Of a DNA stretch of 64,000 nucleotides, positions 40,400-47,983 are shown one piece after another (the first letter of the stretch is position 1; the number at the start of each line of letters is the position of its first letter). The stretch is from NCBI GenBank assembly GCA_964592115.1, contig CAZQCP010000003.1:7171-71170 (forward strand), given 5' to 3'. This DNA is from an uncultured Ilumatobacteraceae bacterium (GTDB lineage Bacteria; Actinomycetota; Acidimicrobiia; Acidimicrobiales; Ilumatobacteraceae). A model generated the notes under the pieces. That model was not told the origin of the DNA and made no database searches. It was given only the letters and a program-made list of their open reading frames with translations. The translations under genes were made by a program, and so were the position numbers.

Positions 40400-40452
40400 C
40401 CCAAATGTGTCCGCGCCGTGCCGCTGCGCGTGATGGGACGGACAGATTTGCG
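40400..40452. repeat. A-type 53-nt palindromic element, copy A4
   Basis: CCCAAATGTGTCCG-N25-CGGACAGATTTGCG. It is 5 nt after the prs stop and 42 nt upstream of the DUF559 start. The spacer shares 17/25 nt with A3. Confidence 0.9.
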
Positions 40453-40457
40453 GTGGG

Positions 40458-41447
40458 TCAGGCGAGGTTTTCGCCGTCGAAGATCTCGCTGACGCTCGTG
40501 TCGTCGAACACGGCGCCGAGCGCTTCGGCGATCAGCGGGGCGACCGAGAGCACCTCGATCTTGTCGATCTGCTTCTCCGGCGGCAGCGGCAACGTATTGG
40601 TGAGGATGACGCGGTCGAGCGGAGCATTCTTCAGCCGGTCGATCGCCGGGCCGGACAGCACGCCGTGCGTCGCCATGGCCCACACTTCGCTCGCCCCGCG
40701 TTCGATGAGCAGCTCCGCGGCGGCGCAGATCGTGCCGGCGGTGTCGATCATGTCGTCGGTGAGGACGCACAGCCGGCCGGCGACGTCGCCGAGGACCTCG
40801 GCCGCCTCGGCCACGTTGGCCGTCCCCTTCGGCCGCCGCTTGTAGATGAACGCCAGATCCGCACCGCAATCACCCAGGTGCTGCGCCATCCGCTCGGCGA
40901 CCTTGATGCGCCCGGCATCGGGCGACACGATCACGGGCTCGGTGGCGTGCGTGCGGACGTACTGCTCGAGCACCGGCATCGCCGTGAGATGGTCGACCGG
41001 ACCCTCGAAGAACCCCTGGATCTGGCCGGAGTGGAGATCGATCGAGATCATCCGCTTCGCACCTGCCGCTTTGAACATGTCGGCGATCAGCCGGGCGGTG
41101 ATCGGCTCACGCCCTTCCGCCTTGCGGTCCTGGCGGGCGTATCCGTAGAACGGGCACACGGCGGTGATGCGCTTGGCGGACGCGCGGTAGGCGGCGTCGA
41201 TCATGATCAGGTGCTCCATGATCGAGTCGTTGACCGAATGGCCATCGACGCCGTAGTGGCTCTGGATGATGAACACGTCGGACCCGCGGATCGACTCGCC
41301 GAAACGGGGGCGCACCTCACCGTTGGCGAACTCGACGATGTTGTCGTGACCGAGCTCGATGTTGAGGTGGGTGGCCACCTCCTCGGCGAGGTCGGGGTGT
41401 GTCCGTCCGGAGTAGAGGGCGAGCCGCTTGGTGGTGACCTTCTCCAT
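40458..41447 (-). CDS. prs: Ribose-phosphate pyrophosphokinase
   Basis: PYYGYARQDRK-type motif (CPFYGYARQDRK) and PRPP-binding loop (VLTDDMIDTAGT). Confidence 0.95.
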   Translation of the reverse strand: MEKVTTKRLALYSGRTHPDLAEEVATHLNIELGHDNIVEFANGEVRPRFGESIRGSDVFIIQSHYGVDGHSVNDSIMEHLIMIDAAYRASAKRITAVCPFYGYARQDRKAEGREPITARLIADMFKAAGAKRMISIDLHSGQIQGFFEGPVDHLTAMPVLEQYVRTHATEPVIVSPDAGRIKVAERMAQHLGDCGADLAFIYKRRPKGTANVAEAAEVLGDVAGRLCVLTDDMIDTAGTICAAAELLIERGASEVWAMATHGVLSGPAIDRLKNAPLDRVILTNTLPLPPEKQIDKIEVLSVAPLIAEALGAVFDDTSVSEIFDGENLA

Positions 41448-41501
41448 GAGTGCTGACGTCCTCCCCGACGTCTGTCGGCGTTGTTCGGGGGTCGATCTCG
41501 C

Positions 41502-42587
41502 TCAGCCGACAGGTGCAGTGTAGAAGGCACCGGTCGCGCTGTTGGCAGCGACGGACGAACCCGGGGGTAGATGGGCGAATGGTCCGACGACGGCATCGGC
41601 ACCGATGGTCGCGGCGTGCCCGACGGTGTGCTCGACCACGACGCCGGGTTCGACCTGACAGTCGACGAGCCGCGTGTCGGGACCGACATCGCAGCCGTCG
41701 CCGACGATGGTCGTTCCCTGCAAGATGGTGCCGGGGTAGAGCGTGACGTCGCGGCCGATCTTCACGGTGACGTCGACGAACGTCTGGCGTGGATCGAGCA
41801 TCGTGACACCGTTGAGCAGCCACGCCTTGTTCGTCCGCGACCGCAGCTCGCGCTCGGCCTTGGCGAGCTGCCAGCGGTCGTTGACGCCCTGTGTCTCCCC
41901 GGCGGGCGCCTTGACCGCACCGATGCGGTGGCCCATCTCGGCGAGTACGGCGATGACATCGGTGAGGTAGTACTCGTGTTGCGCGTTGTCGGTGGTGAGC
42001 TTGCGCAGCGCCGGTCCGAGCAGGTCGCGGCGGAACGCATAGATCGACGTGTTGACCTCGAGCACGTCGAGCTCGTCGGGGGTCGCGTCGCGGTGTTCGA
42101 TGATCCGGCTGACCTGGCCGTCAGGCTTGCGGATGACACGCCCGTAGCCGCTCGGCTCGTCCATCATGCTCGTGAGGACGGTCGCCGCGTTGGCGTTCTC
42201 GACGTGTGCGTCGACCAGTTCACGGACGGTTTCGGGACGCAACAGCGGTGTGTCGCCGGGGAGCACGACGACGGTCGCGTTGTCGTCGTAGTCGTCACCG
42301 CCGAGCGCCGTCATGCCGATCGATGCGGCGTCGCCGGTGCCGTTCTGCTCTCGCTGTTCGGCGAAGGCGACGTTGGCCCACGATGGGGCTCGTTCGTCGA
42401 CCTTCTTCGTCACGAGCTCGGCGCCGTGGCCGACGACGATGACGGTGCGGTCGGGGGTGAGGAGCCGCAGGGAGTGGATGACGTGGAGGATCATCGCTCG
42501 CCCGCAGATGAGATGCAGCGGCTTCGGTCGGGCCGACCGCATGCGGGTGCCCTCGCCGGCGGCGAGCACGATCGCGGAAACGCTCAT
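41502..42587 (-). CDS. glmU: GlmU-like UDP-N-acetylglucosamine pyrophosphorylase with a shortened LbH domain
   Basis: LAAGEGTRM signature, nucleotidyltransferase domain and only about 100 aa of left-handed beta-helix. Total is 361 aa, against about 456 aa in E. coli GlmU. Confidence 0.8.
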   Translation of the reverse strand: MSVSAIVLAAGEGTRMRSARPKPLHLICGRAMILHVIHSLRLLTPDRTVIVVGHGAELVTKKVDERAPSWANVAFAEQREQNGTGDAASIGMTALGGDDYDDNATVVVLPGDTPLLRPETVRELVDAHVENANAATVLTSMMDEPSGYGRVIRKPDGQVSRIIEHRDATPDELDVLEVNTSIYAFRRDLLGPALRKLTTDNAQHEYYLTDVIAVLAEMGHRIGAVKAPAGETQGVNDRWQLAKAERELRSRTNKAWLLNGVTMLDPRQTFVDVTVKIGRDVTLYPGTILQGTTIVGDGCDVGPDTRLVDCQVEPGVVVEHTVGHAATIGADAVVGPFAHLPPGSSVAANSATGAFYTAPVG

Positions 42588-42660
42588 GGCTCCGGGGAGA
42601 GGACTCGAACCCCTACACGCGGCACCAAAAACCGCTGTCCTACCATTAGACGACCCCGGA
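42587..42660 (-). tRNA. tRNA-Gln (anticodon UUG), CCA encoded
   Basis: Hand-folded cloverleaf: acceptor TCCGGGG/CCCCGGA, D-arm GTCT-AATGGTA-GGAC, anticodon stem GCGGT/GCCGC with loop TTTTGGT, T-arm AGGGG-TTCGAGT-CCTCT, then G-CCA. Confidence 0.9.
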
Positions 42661-42799
42661 TCGCTCAACTGTCCTCGTCACGGTACCCCGGCCTGCAGGT
42701 GATGACTCCTCCCCACCACCACCGCCACCAGTCGGGCAGCGGCCTTGTGCGGTCCACTCGGTGGCGCGCCCTTCCGAGCCCGGTAGCGTTGCCCGTCCT

Positions 42800-42892
42800 A
42801 TGGGTTCTCTGATCAAGAAGCGCCGGAAGCGCATGCGGAAGAAGAAGCACAAGAAGATGCTCCGCCGCACGCGTCACCAGCGTCGCAAGTAG
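42800..42892 (+). CDS. Small basic protein, 30S ribosomal protein bS22-like (AURKAIP1/COX24 family)
   Basis: 30-aa ORF absent from the track: MGSLIKKRRKRMRKKKHKKMLRRTRHQRRK. It closely resembles the conserved actinobacterial bS22 sequence as I recall it. Confidence 0.75.
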   Translation: MGSLIKKRRKRMRKKKHKKMLRRTRHQRRK

Positions 42893-42960
42893 CCGTCCGC
42901 ACGCGGTGCCGGGCTGCTGCGACATTCGCACCACGCCCACCCCGAACGGTGGTCACGCGT

Positions 42961-43800
42961 CTATGCGTCGCCCACCGCGACACTCGCCGGCACCGTACGA
43001 GCGACAATCACATGAGCGCCCTCGTCGATCAGTTCGGCGAGGGCGTCTTGGTGTTCACCGACGGAGAACCACGTCGCACCGCTGCCCGCCAGGATCGGCG
43101 GTTGGCCAACGAGCTCGCTGATCCGATCACGCCACGTCGCGAGTGAGGGCTCGACCGCGAGCGCGGCCGGTTCGAGATCGTTGGGTCCGTCGGCGGTCGG
43201 TCCGCCGAGCTCGTCCCAGGCGCGGTACACGGCGGGCGTGCTGACGACGAGCGGCGGCACGACGAGGGTCACCGTCCGCACGACATGGGGGAGGGGATCC
43301 ACGAGCTCGCCGATGCCCCGGACGCGGGCGCGTCCGCCGACGAGACAGAACGCGATGTCGGCTCCGAGGCGCGCCGCGTCGGCGAGGTCCTCGGGTGTCG
43401 GGGTGTCGCTGGTGTACCGGCTGACGTCCACTCCACCGGCGTTCGCTTCTCGCGCCGCCCACCGGAGCACGCTCGCCGCGTCGCTCGAACCGCCGCCGAG
43501 TCCGCCCCCGTGGGGGATGCGCTTGTCGATGTGGACGTGCGCCGTGCGTCCGACCTGGTCGAGGGCGCGGGCAACCAGGTTCGATCGATCGACAGGCGTG
43601 CCTGGGCCATAGCGACCCTCGATCGACAACCCGTCACCGTCGGAGTCGATCACGAGCAGATCGTGCAGGTCGAGGCTGACCATCTCGGCGTCGATCAGGT
43701 GGAAGCCGTCGTCGCGCACGCCAACGACGCGCAAGTTCCACGTCAACTTGGCGTGGGCCCGCAGCGGGATCTCCCGGCGGGCGACCGGTCCCGCGCTCAT
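42961..43800 (-). CDS. ispE: 4-diphosphocytidyl-2-C-methyl-D-erythritol kinase
   Basis: GHMP kinase motif PHGGGLGGGSSDAA. Overlaps the rsmA stop. Confidence 0.9.
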   Translation of the reverse strand: MSAGPVARREIPLRAHAKLTWNLRVVGVRDDGFHLIDAEMVSLDLHDLLVIDSDGDGLSIEGRYGPGTPVDRSNLVARALDQVGRTAHVHIDKRIPHGGGLGGGSSDAASVLRWAAREANAGGVDVSRYTSDTPTPEDLADAARLGADIAFCLVGGRARVRGIGELVDPLPHVVRTVTLVVPPLVVSTPAVYRAWDELGGPTADGPNDLEPAALAVEPSLATWRDRISELVGQPPILAGSGATWFSVGEHQDALAELIDEGAHVIVARTVPASVAVGDA

Positions 43801-44630
43801 CGTTCCGGGACCGCGCCGTGGGCGTCGGTCAGGCGGCACCAGGCGGTGACATCGAGCTCTTCGGGCCGTGCCGTGGGGCTCACACCGGCGGCGGCGAACG
43901 TGTCCGGCGCAACGATGTCGGCGAGCGACTTGCGGAGCATCTTGCGACGTTGGCCGAACGCGGTGCGCACGAGAGTGAACAGCGCGCCCGGATCCGTCGC
44001 GGGCGGGGTGCGGCGGGTGATCTCGACGAGCGCCGACTCGACGTTCGGTCGGGGTACGAAGACCGACGCCGGCACGTGGGCAACGACCTTGGCGTTCGCC
44101 CAGTAGGCGACCTTCACGCTGACCGCGCCGTACGCCTCGGTCCGGGGAGCGGCGGCGAATCGTTCGGCGGCCTCGCGCTGGACCATCACCAGCATGCGTT
44201 CGATCTCCGGAACGTCGTCGAGCAGGTCGCACACGAGCGGAGTGGCCACGTTGTACGGGAGGTTGGCCACGAGCACCCAGCGGCCGTTGCCCGGCTGTCC
44301 GCTGAGCAGGGTGTGCCAGTCGAGATGCATCGCGTCGCCTTCGACCACCGTCACCCGCTCGACATCGGCGACCACCTCGCGCAGCAGTGCGGCGAGGCCA
44401 GGATCGACTTCGATCGCCGTGATCCTGGCACCCGTCTCGGCGAGCGCCAGCGTGAGCGAGCCGAGTCCGGCGCCGATCTCGACGACGAGATCATCGGGGC
44501 CGATGCGGGCGAGGTCGGCGATCTTGCGGACGGTGTTCGGGTCGGCGACGAAGTTCTGCCCGAGGTCACGGCGCGGTGCCAGCGCCGCCGATTCGAGGAG
44601 CGCGCGGACCGTCGGCCGCGAATGCGTCAC
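43797..44630 (-). CDS. rsmA: 16S rRNA (adenine1518/1519-N6)-dimethyltransferase
   Basis: GQNFV, EIGAGLGSLT, NLPYNV motifs. GTG start overlaps the upstream stop. Confidence 0.9.
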   Translation of the reverse strand: MTHSRPTVRALLESAALAPRRDLGQNFVADPNTVRKIADLARIGPDDLVVEIGAGLGSLTLALAETGARITAIEVDPGLAALLREVVADVERVTVVEGDAMHLDWHTLLSGQPGNGRWVLVANLPYNVATPLVCDLLDDVPEIERMLVMVQREAAERFAAAPRTEAYGAVSVKVAYWANAKVVAHVPASVFVPRPNVESALVEITRRTPPATDPGALFTLVRTAFGQRRKMLRKSLADIVAPDTFAAAGVSPTARPEELDVTAWCRLTDAHGAVPER

Positions 44631-45307
44631 CGTCTGATCTCGACGTGGATCGGAGCGTCTGTGAGGTCCGCGAGCTGTGCGAACAGGTCGGTGTGGAGGA
44701 CGACCTCGTCGCCGAGTTCGCCGCGCTGCACGACTGTGGTGCAGGTGACGCTGTGGCCGTTGTCGAGGTTGACGATGGTGACGGAGCGGGCGTTGATGAC
44801 GCCGGGGACGCCGCACGCGCTGCTCCCGCCGATGCTGTTGCGGAAGGTGGCCTTCGTGCGGATGCGTTCGATCGTCGGCTTGGCGGGAACGGCGATCTGT
44901 GAGAGCCCGGCGCCGATGTTGCTACTTGGGCCGTCGAGGTACACCGGCGCCAGCGATCCCGGCTGGTCGCGCTCGACGGCCGGCACGGGCGCTCCCGTGG
45001 TGGGTGCTGCGGTGGTGGGCGCGGCGACCGTGTCGGGTGTGGGCGCCGTCGGTGCTTCGGTGAGCGCTGCGCCAGTGGCACCCGCGGCGACGTCGGCCTG
45101 ACCGGAGCTGGTCGAACCGGCGCCGTCGGCGCTGCGGTCGGAGTCGTGCGCGGCACCGACGTCCACGCCGACCCCGGCGCCGACGACGGCAACGTTCGGC
45201 GCCGCCGATTCCTCCGAACGGTTCGCCCACCACAACGCAGGGAGCGCGATCAGCGTCAACACTGTCGCGAGCAAGAAGCGTCGCCGGTCGCTGTAGGAAG
45301 GTGCCAT
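44627..45307 (-). CDS. Membrane-anchored secreted protein with a C-terminal RlpA-like double-psi beta-barrel, tentative
   Basis: N-terminal TM helix, Ala/Thr/Pro linker, and a C-terminal SVTIVNLDNGHSVTCTTV..VVLHTDLFAQL region resembling DPBB domains. It occupies the rpfB/yabE-like slot upstream of rsmA. Confidence 0.55.
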   Translation of the reverse strand: MAPSYSDRRRFLLATVLTLIALPALWWANRSEESAAPNVAVVGAGVGVDVGAAHDSDRSADGAGSTSSGQADVAAGATGAALTEAPTAPTPDTVAAPTTAAPTTGAPVPAVERDQPGSLAPVYLDGPSSNIGAGLSQIAVPAKPTIERIRTKATFRNSIGGSSACGVPGVINARSVTIVNLDNGHSVTCTTVVQRGELGDEVVLHTDLFAQLADLTDAPIHVEIRR

Positions 45308-45462
45308 CTCGATCGTCAGTCCGAGTCGGATCGAGGGACCCGTGTGATCGCGTCCGCCGGCCGCCCCGGAGAGCCGTTCAGCGTACCGGTTCCCCTGCGG
45401 AGCGACGATTCGCCGACGGCACCCCGCCACTCTCCGCGTTCGTCGATCTTCGCGCGTATCGT
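45308..45462 (-). promoter_or_regulatory. Structured 155-nt leader of the DPBB protein gene; possible ydaO-type (c-di-AMP) riboswitch
   Basis: On the RNA strand: GCGAAUC..GCAGGGGAACC and ACGGGUCCCUCGAUCCGAC motifs, and alternative pairings of GGAGAG with CUCCGC or CUCUCC. A hairpin CUCGAUC..GAUCGAG abuts the AUG. Confidence 0.3.
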
Positions 45463-45501
45463 CCAAGCAACGCTTGGGGACGGGCCCCAGCCGTTGCTTG
45501 G
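45463..45501. repeat. C-type hairpin, copy C4
   Basis: CCAAGCAACGCTTGGGG-ACGGG-CCCCAGCCGTTGCTTGG, 7 nt after the tatD stop. Confidence 0.85.
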
Positions 45502-45508
45502 AGCCGCC

Positions 45509-46285
45509 TCAGGAGTCGGGCAACGCGAACGCGCGTCGGGCGTTGGCGGTCGTCGCCATCGCGACGTCGGCGACCGGAAGATCGCGCAGGTCGGCGATGA
45601 ACTGGCCGACGTGAGCGACCCATGCCGGTCGGTTCGGCTTGCCGCGGTGGGGGATCGGTGCGAGGTACGGGCTGTCGGTCTCCACGAGCATCCGGTCCAG
45701 CGGGCACAGCTGCGCTGCAGCTTGGACCTCCGGCGCGCCCTTGAACGTGACGATGCCGGAGAACGACAAGACGGCGCCGAGGTCGAGGGCGCGTCGCGCT
45801 TCGTCGGGCCCGCCGGTGAAGCAGTGGAAGATCGTGGACTCCGGGACACCGGCGTCGTCGAGGACGGCGAACGTGTCGTCCCAGGCGTCGCGGGTGTGGA
45901 TCACGAGCGGGAGTCCGTTGGCGTGGGCGAGCTCGATCTGCTCGGCGAACGCGTGCCGTTGAACGTCGCGCGGAGAGTGGTCGTAGTAGTAATCGAGGCC
46001 CGCCTCGCCGACGGCGACGATGCCTGGGGTGGCGATGAGGTCGATGATCGTGTCGACGCCCTCGCGGGCATCGTGGGGGTGCAGCCCGACGGTCGCGTAC
46101 ACGTCGAGATGCGCGGCGGCAACGGCGATCGCCGCCTCCGATGTCGGTCGGTCGCAGCCGACGGTGATCAGCGTCGTGACGCCGGCGTCGCGCGCTGCGG
46201 CGATCGCACCATCGGTTCCGTCCGGGGTCCGCTCGTCGTGCACGTGGCAGTGCGAGTCGAGCCATTCTGGTTGGCTCGGCCTCAT
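45509..46285 (-). CDS. tatD: TatD family metal-dependent hydrolase
   Basis: HCH..H motif at the N-terminus (DSHCHVHD), EAGLDYYY, and a VETDSPYL C-terminal motif. Confidence 0.9.
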   Translation of the reverse strand: MRPSQPEWLDSHCHVHDERTPDGTDGAIAAARDAGVTTLITVGCDRPTSEAAIAVAAAHLDVYATVGLHPHDAREGVDTIIDLIATPGIVAVGEAGLDYYYDHSPRDVQRHAFAEQIELAHANGLPLVIHTRDAWDDTFAVLDDAGVPESTIFHCFTGGPDEARRALDLGAVLSFSGIVTFKGAPEVQAAAQLCPLDRMLVETDSPYLAPIPHRGKPNRPAWVAHVGQFIADLRDLPVADVAMATTANARRAFALPDS

Positions 46286-46380
46286 GGCAGGTTTCCGGTG
46301 GGGCGAGTTTGGTCGGCCTCGCGCCAGTCTTGGTCGCTGGCGCTCCCGGCGACGGCGGTGTCTGGTTGGCTCGGCCTCAT
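46282..46380 (-). other. 32-codon bridging ORF between metG and tatD, created by a duplicated start junction
   Basis: Begins MRPSQP like tatD. Its ATG overlaps the metG stop (ATGA) and its stop overlaps the tatD ATG (ATGA). Whether it codes is unknown. Confidence 0.25.
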
Positions 46381-47906
46381 GTGAGGCGAGGGAAGAGTGC
46401 GTCGCCCTTGGTGACAGCAGCGCCGGGAACGTAGCGGCCCCATGCGACGGCGTCGGGGAGCCGCTGGTCGACGACCTGCCCGGCGAGCCCGATGCGCTCC
46501 CAGATCGTCTGCGCGGTCTCCGGGATCGCCGGCGAGGCGAGAATCGCCACGATCCGCAGCGCCTCGAGCGCATCGCCCATCACGGCATCGACCGCGGGAC
46601 CGGGGTCGGCCTTCCACGGCTCGTTCGCCTCGAGGTGCGAGTTCGTCGCCCGCACGAGCTGCCACGTCGCGTCGAGGGCGCGGCTCGGCTGTACCTGGTC
46701 CCACTGTGCTGACGCCTCCGCGAGCGCGGTGGCCGCGACTTCGGCCAGCGCGCTGTCGGGGTTCGGCGCCGTGCCGATGCCGCCGCACTTCTTGCCGACG
46801 ACGGTCGCCACGCGGGCGAGCAGGTTGCCGAGGTTGTTGGCGAGGTCGCTGTTGTACCGCGACGTGAATCCCTCGATGCTGAAGTCGCCGTCGTTTCCGT
46901 AGGCGGTGTCGGCGAGCACGTAGTAGCGGAACCCGTCGACGCCGACGTCGTCGATCAGGTCGAGTGGGTCGACCACGTTGCCGGCGGTCTTGCTCATCTT
47001 CTCGCCGTCGGACAGCAGCCATCCGCCGATCGCCCACCCCTTGGGGAGGTCGATCCCTGCGGACATCAGCATCGCCGGCCAGTACACGCAGTGCTGACGG
47101 ACGATGTCCTTGCCGATCAGGTGGAAGTCGACCGGCCACCAGTCGCGGTAGGCGTCGGTGCCGTCGCCGAACCCGGCCGCGGTGAGGTAGTTCGTCAGCG
47201 CGTCGAACCACACGTACGTGACGTGCTTGGGATCCCACGGCAGCGGGATGCCCCACTCGAGCGACGTGCGGCTGACCGAGAAGTCGCGCAGCCCGCTGCG
47301 GATCAGGCCGAGCGCCTCGTTGCCGCGGTGCTCGGGCTTCATCGCGTCCGGATGGGCGGCGTACCAGTCCAGCAGGCGGTCCTCGAAGCGCGACAGGCGG
47401 AAGAAGTAGTTCTCCTCTTCGAAGTACTCGACGGGGCGCTGGTGGATCGGGCAACAGTCGGCGACGGGTCCATCGGGGCCGTCGACGACGATCAGCTCGT
47501 CGTCGCTGTAGTACTCCTCACAAGCGACGCAGTACTTGCCGGCGAACGTGTCGAGCTCGATGTCCCCGGCGTCGTAGCAGCGTTGGAGGATCTCTTCGAC
47601 CGCCGCGTAATGGCGCGGTTCGGTGGTGCGGATGAAGTCGTCGAAGTCGATGTTGAGGCGCTTCCACGCTGCTTCGAACTTCGGGGCGATCGTGTCGGTG
47701 AACTCCTTGGGCGACACGCCGGCGGCCTCGGCGGCTTGTTGGATCTTGAGCCCGTGCTCGTCGGTGCCGGTGAGGTAGAGGACGTCGTCGCCGAGCAGGC
47801 GGTGCCAGCGAGTGAGCGCGTCGCCGACGATCGTGGTGTACGCGTGCCCGAGGTGGGGCTCGGCGTTCACGTAGTAGATCGGAGTGGTGACGTAGAACCG
47901 GGCCAC
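46377..47906 (-). CDS. metG: Methionine--tRNA ligase
   Basis: HLGH motif (EPHLGHAYT) and KMSKT motif. GTG start. Confidence 0.95.
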   Translation of the reverse strand: MARFYVTTPIYYVNAEPHLGHAYTTIVGDALTRWHRLLGDDVLYLTGTDEHGLKIQQAAEAAGVSPKEFTDTIAPKFEAAWKRLNIDFDDFIRTTEPRHYAAVEEILQRCYDAGDIELDTFAGKYCVACEEYYSDDELIVVDGPDGPVADCCPIHQRPVEYFEEENYFFRLSRFEDRLLDWYAAHPDAMKPEHRGNEALGLIRSGLRDFSVSRTSLEWGIPLPWDPKHVTYVWFDALTNYLTAAGFGDGTDAYRDWWPVDFHLIGKDIVRQHCVYWPAMLMSAGIDLPKGWAIGGWLLSDGEKMSKTAGNVVDPLDLIDDVGVDGFRYYVLADTAYGNDGDFSIEGFTSRYNSDLANNLGNLLARVATVVGKKCGGIGTAPNPDSALAEVAATALAEASAQWDQVQPSRALDATWQLVRATNSHLEANEPWKADPGPAVDAVMGDALEALRIVAILASPAIPETAQTIWERIGLAGQVVDQRLPDAVAWGRYVPGAAVTKGDALFPRLT

Positions 47907-47983
47907 GCCTGCACGTTAGAGGTTGGCTCGTGTCCGCCCACCTGGCGATTCGCGCGCTGGCCGTGCCGCGTGCGGTGGCGGCG

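Noticed and set aside
39376-40452. A elements as integron attC sites with the DUF559 gene as an integron cassette
   Set aside because: The architecture is reminiscent: imperfect palindromes with conserved ends at gene 3' ends. However, the ends (CCCAAAT/ATTTGGG) do not match the RYYYAAC/GTTRRRY attC consensus. No integron integrase or attI is present in the window, and two copies lie in divergent promoter regions. The idea is kept only as an analogy within the cassette finding.
47907-47983. T-box or other leader upstream of metG, and likewise upstream of glnS
   Set aside because: The metG leader is too short (77 nt before the A5 element). I could not find specifier-loop or T-box sequence features in either region.
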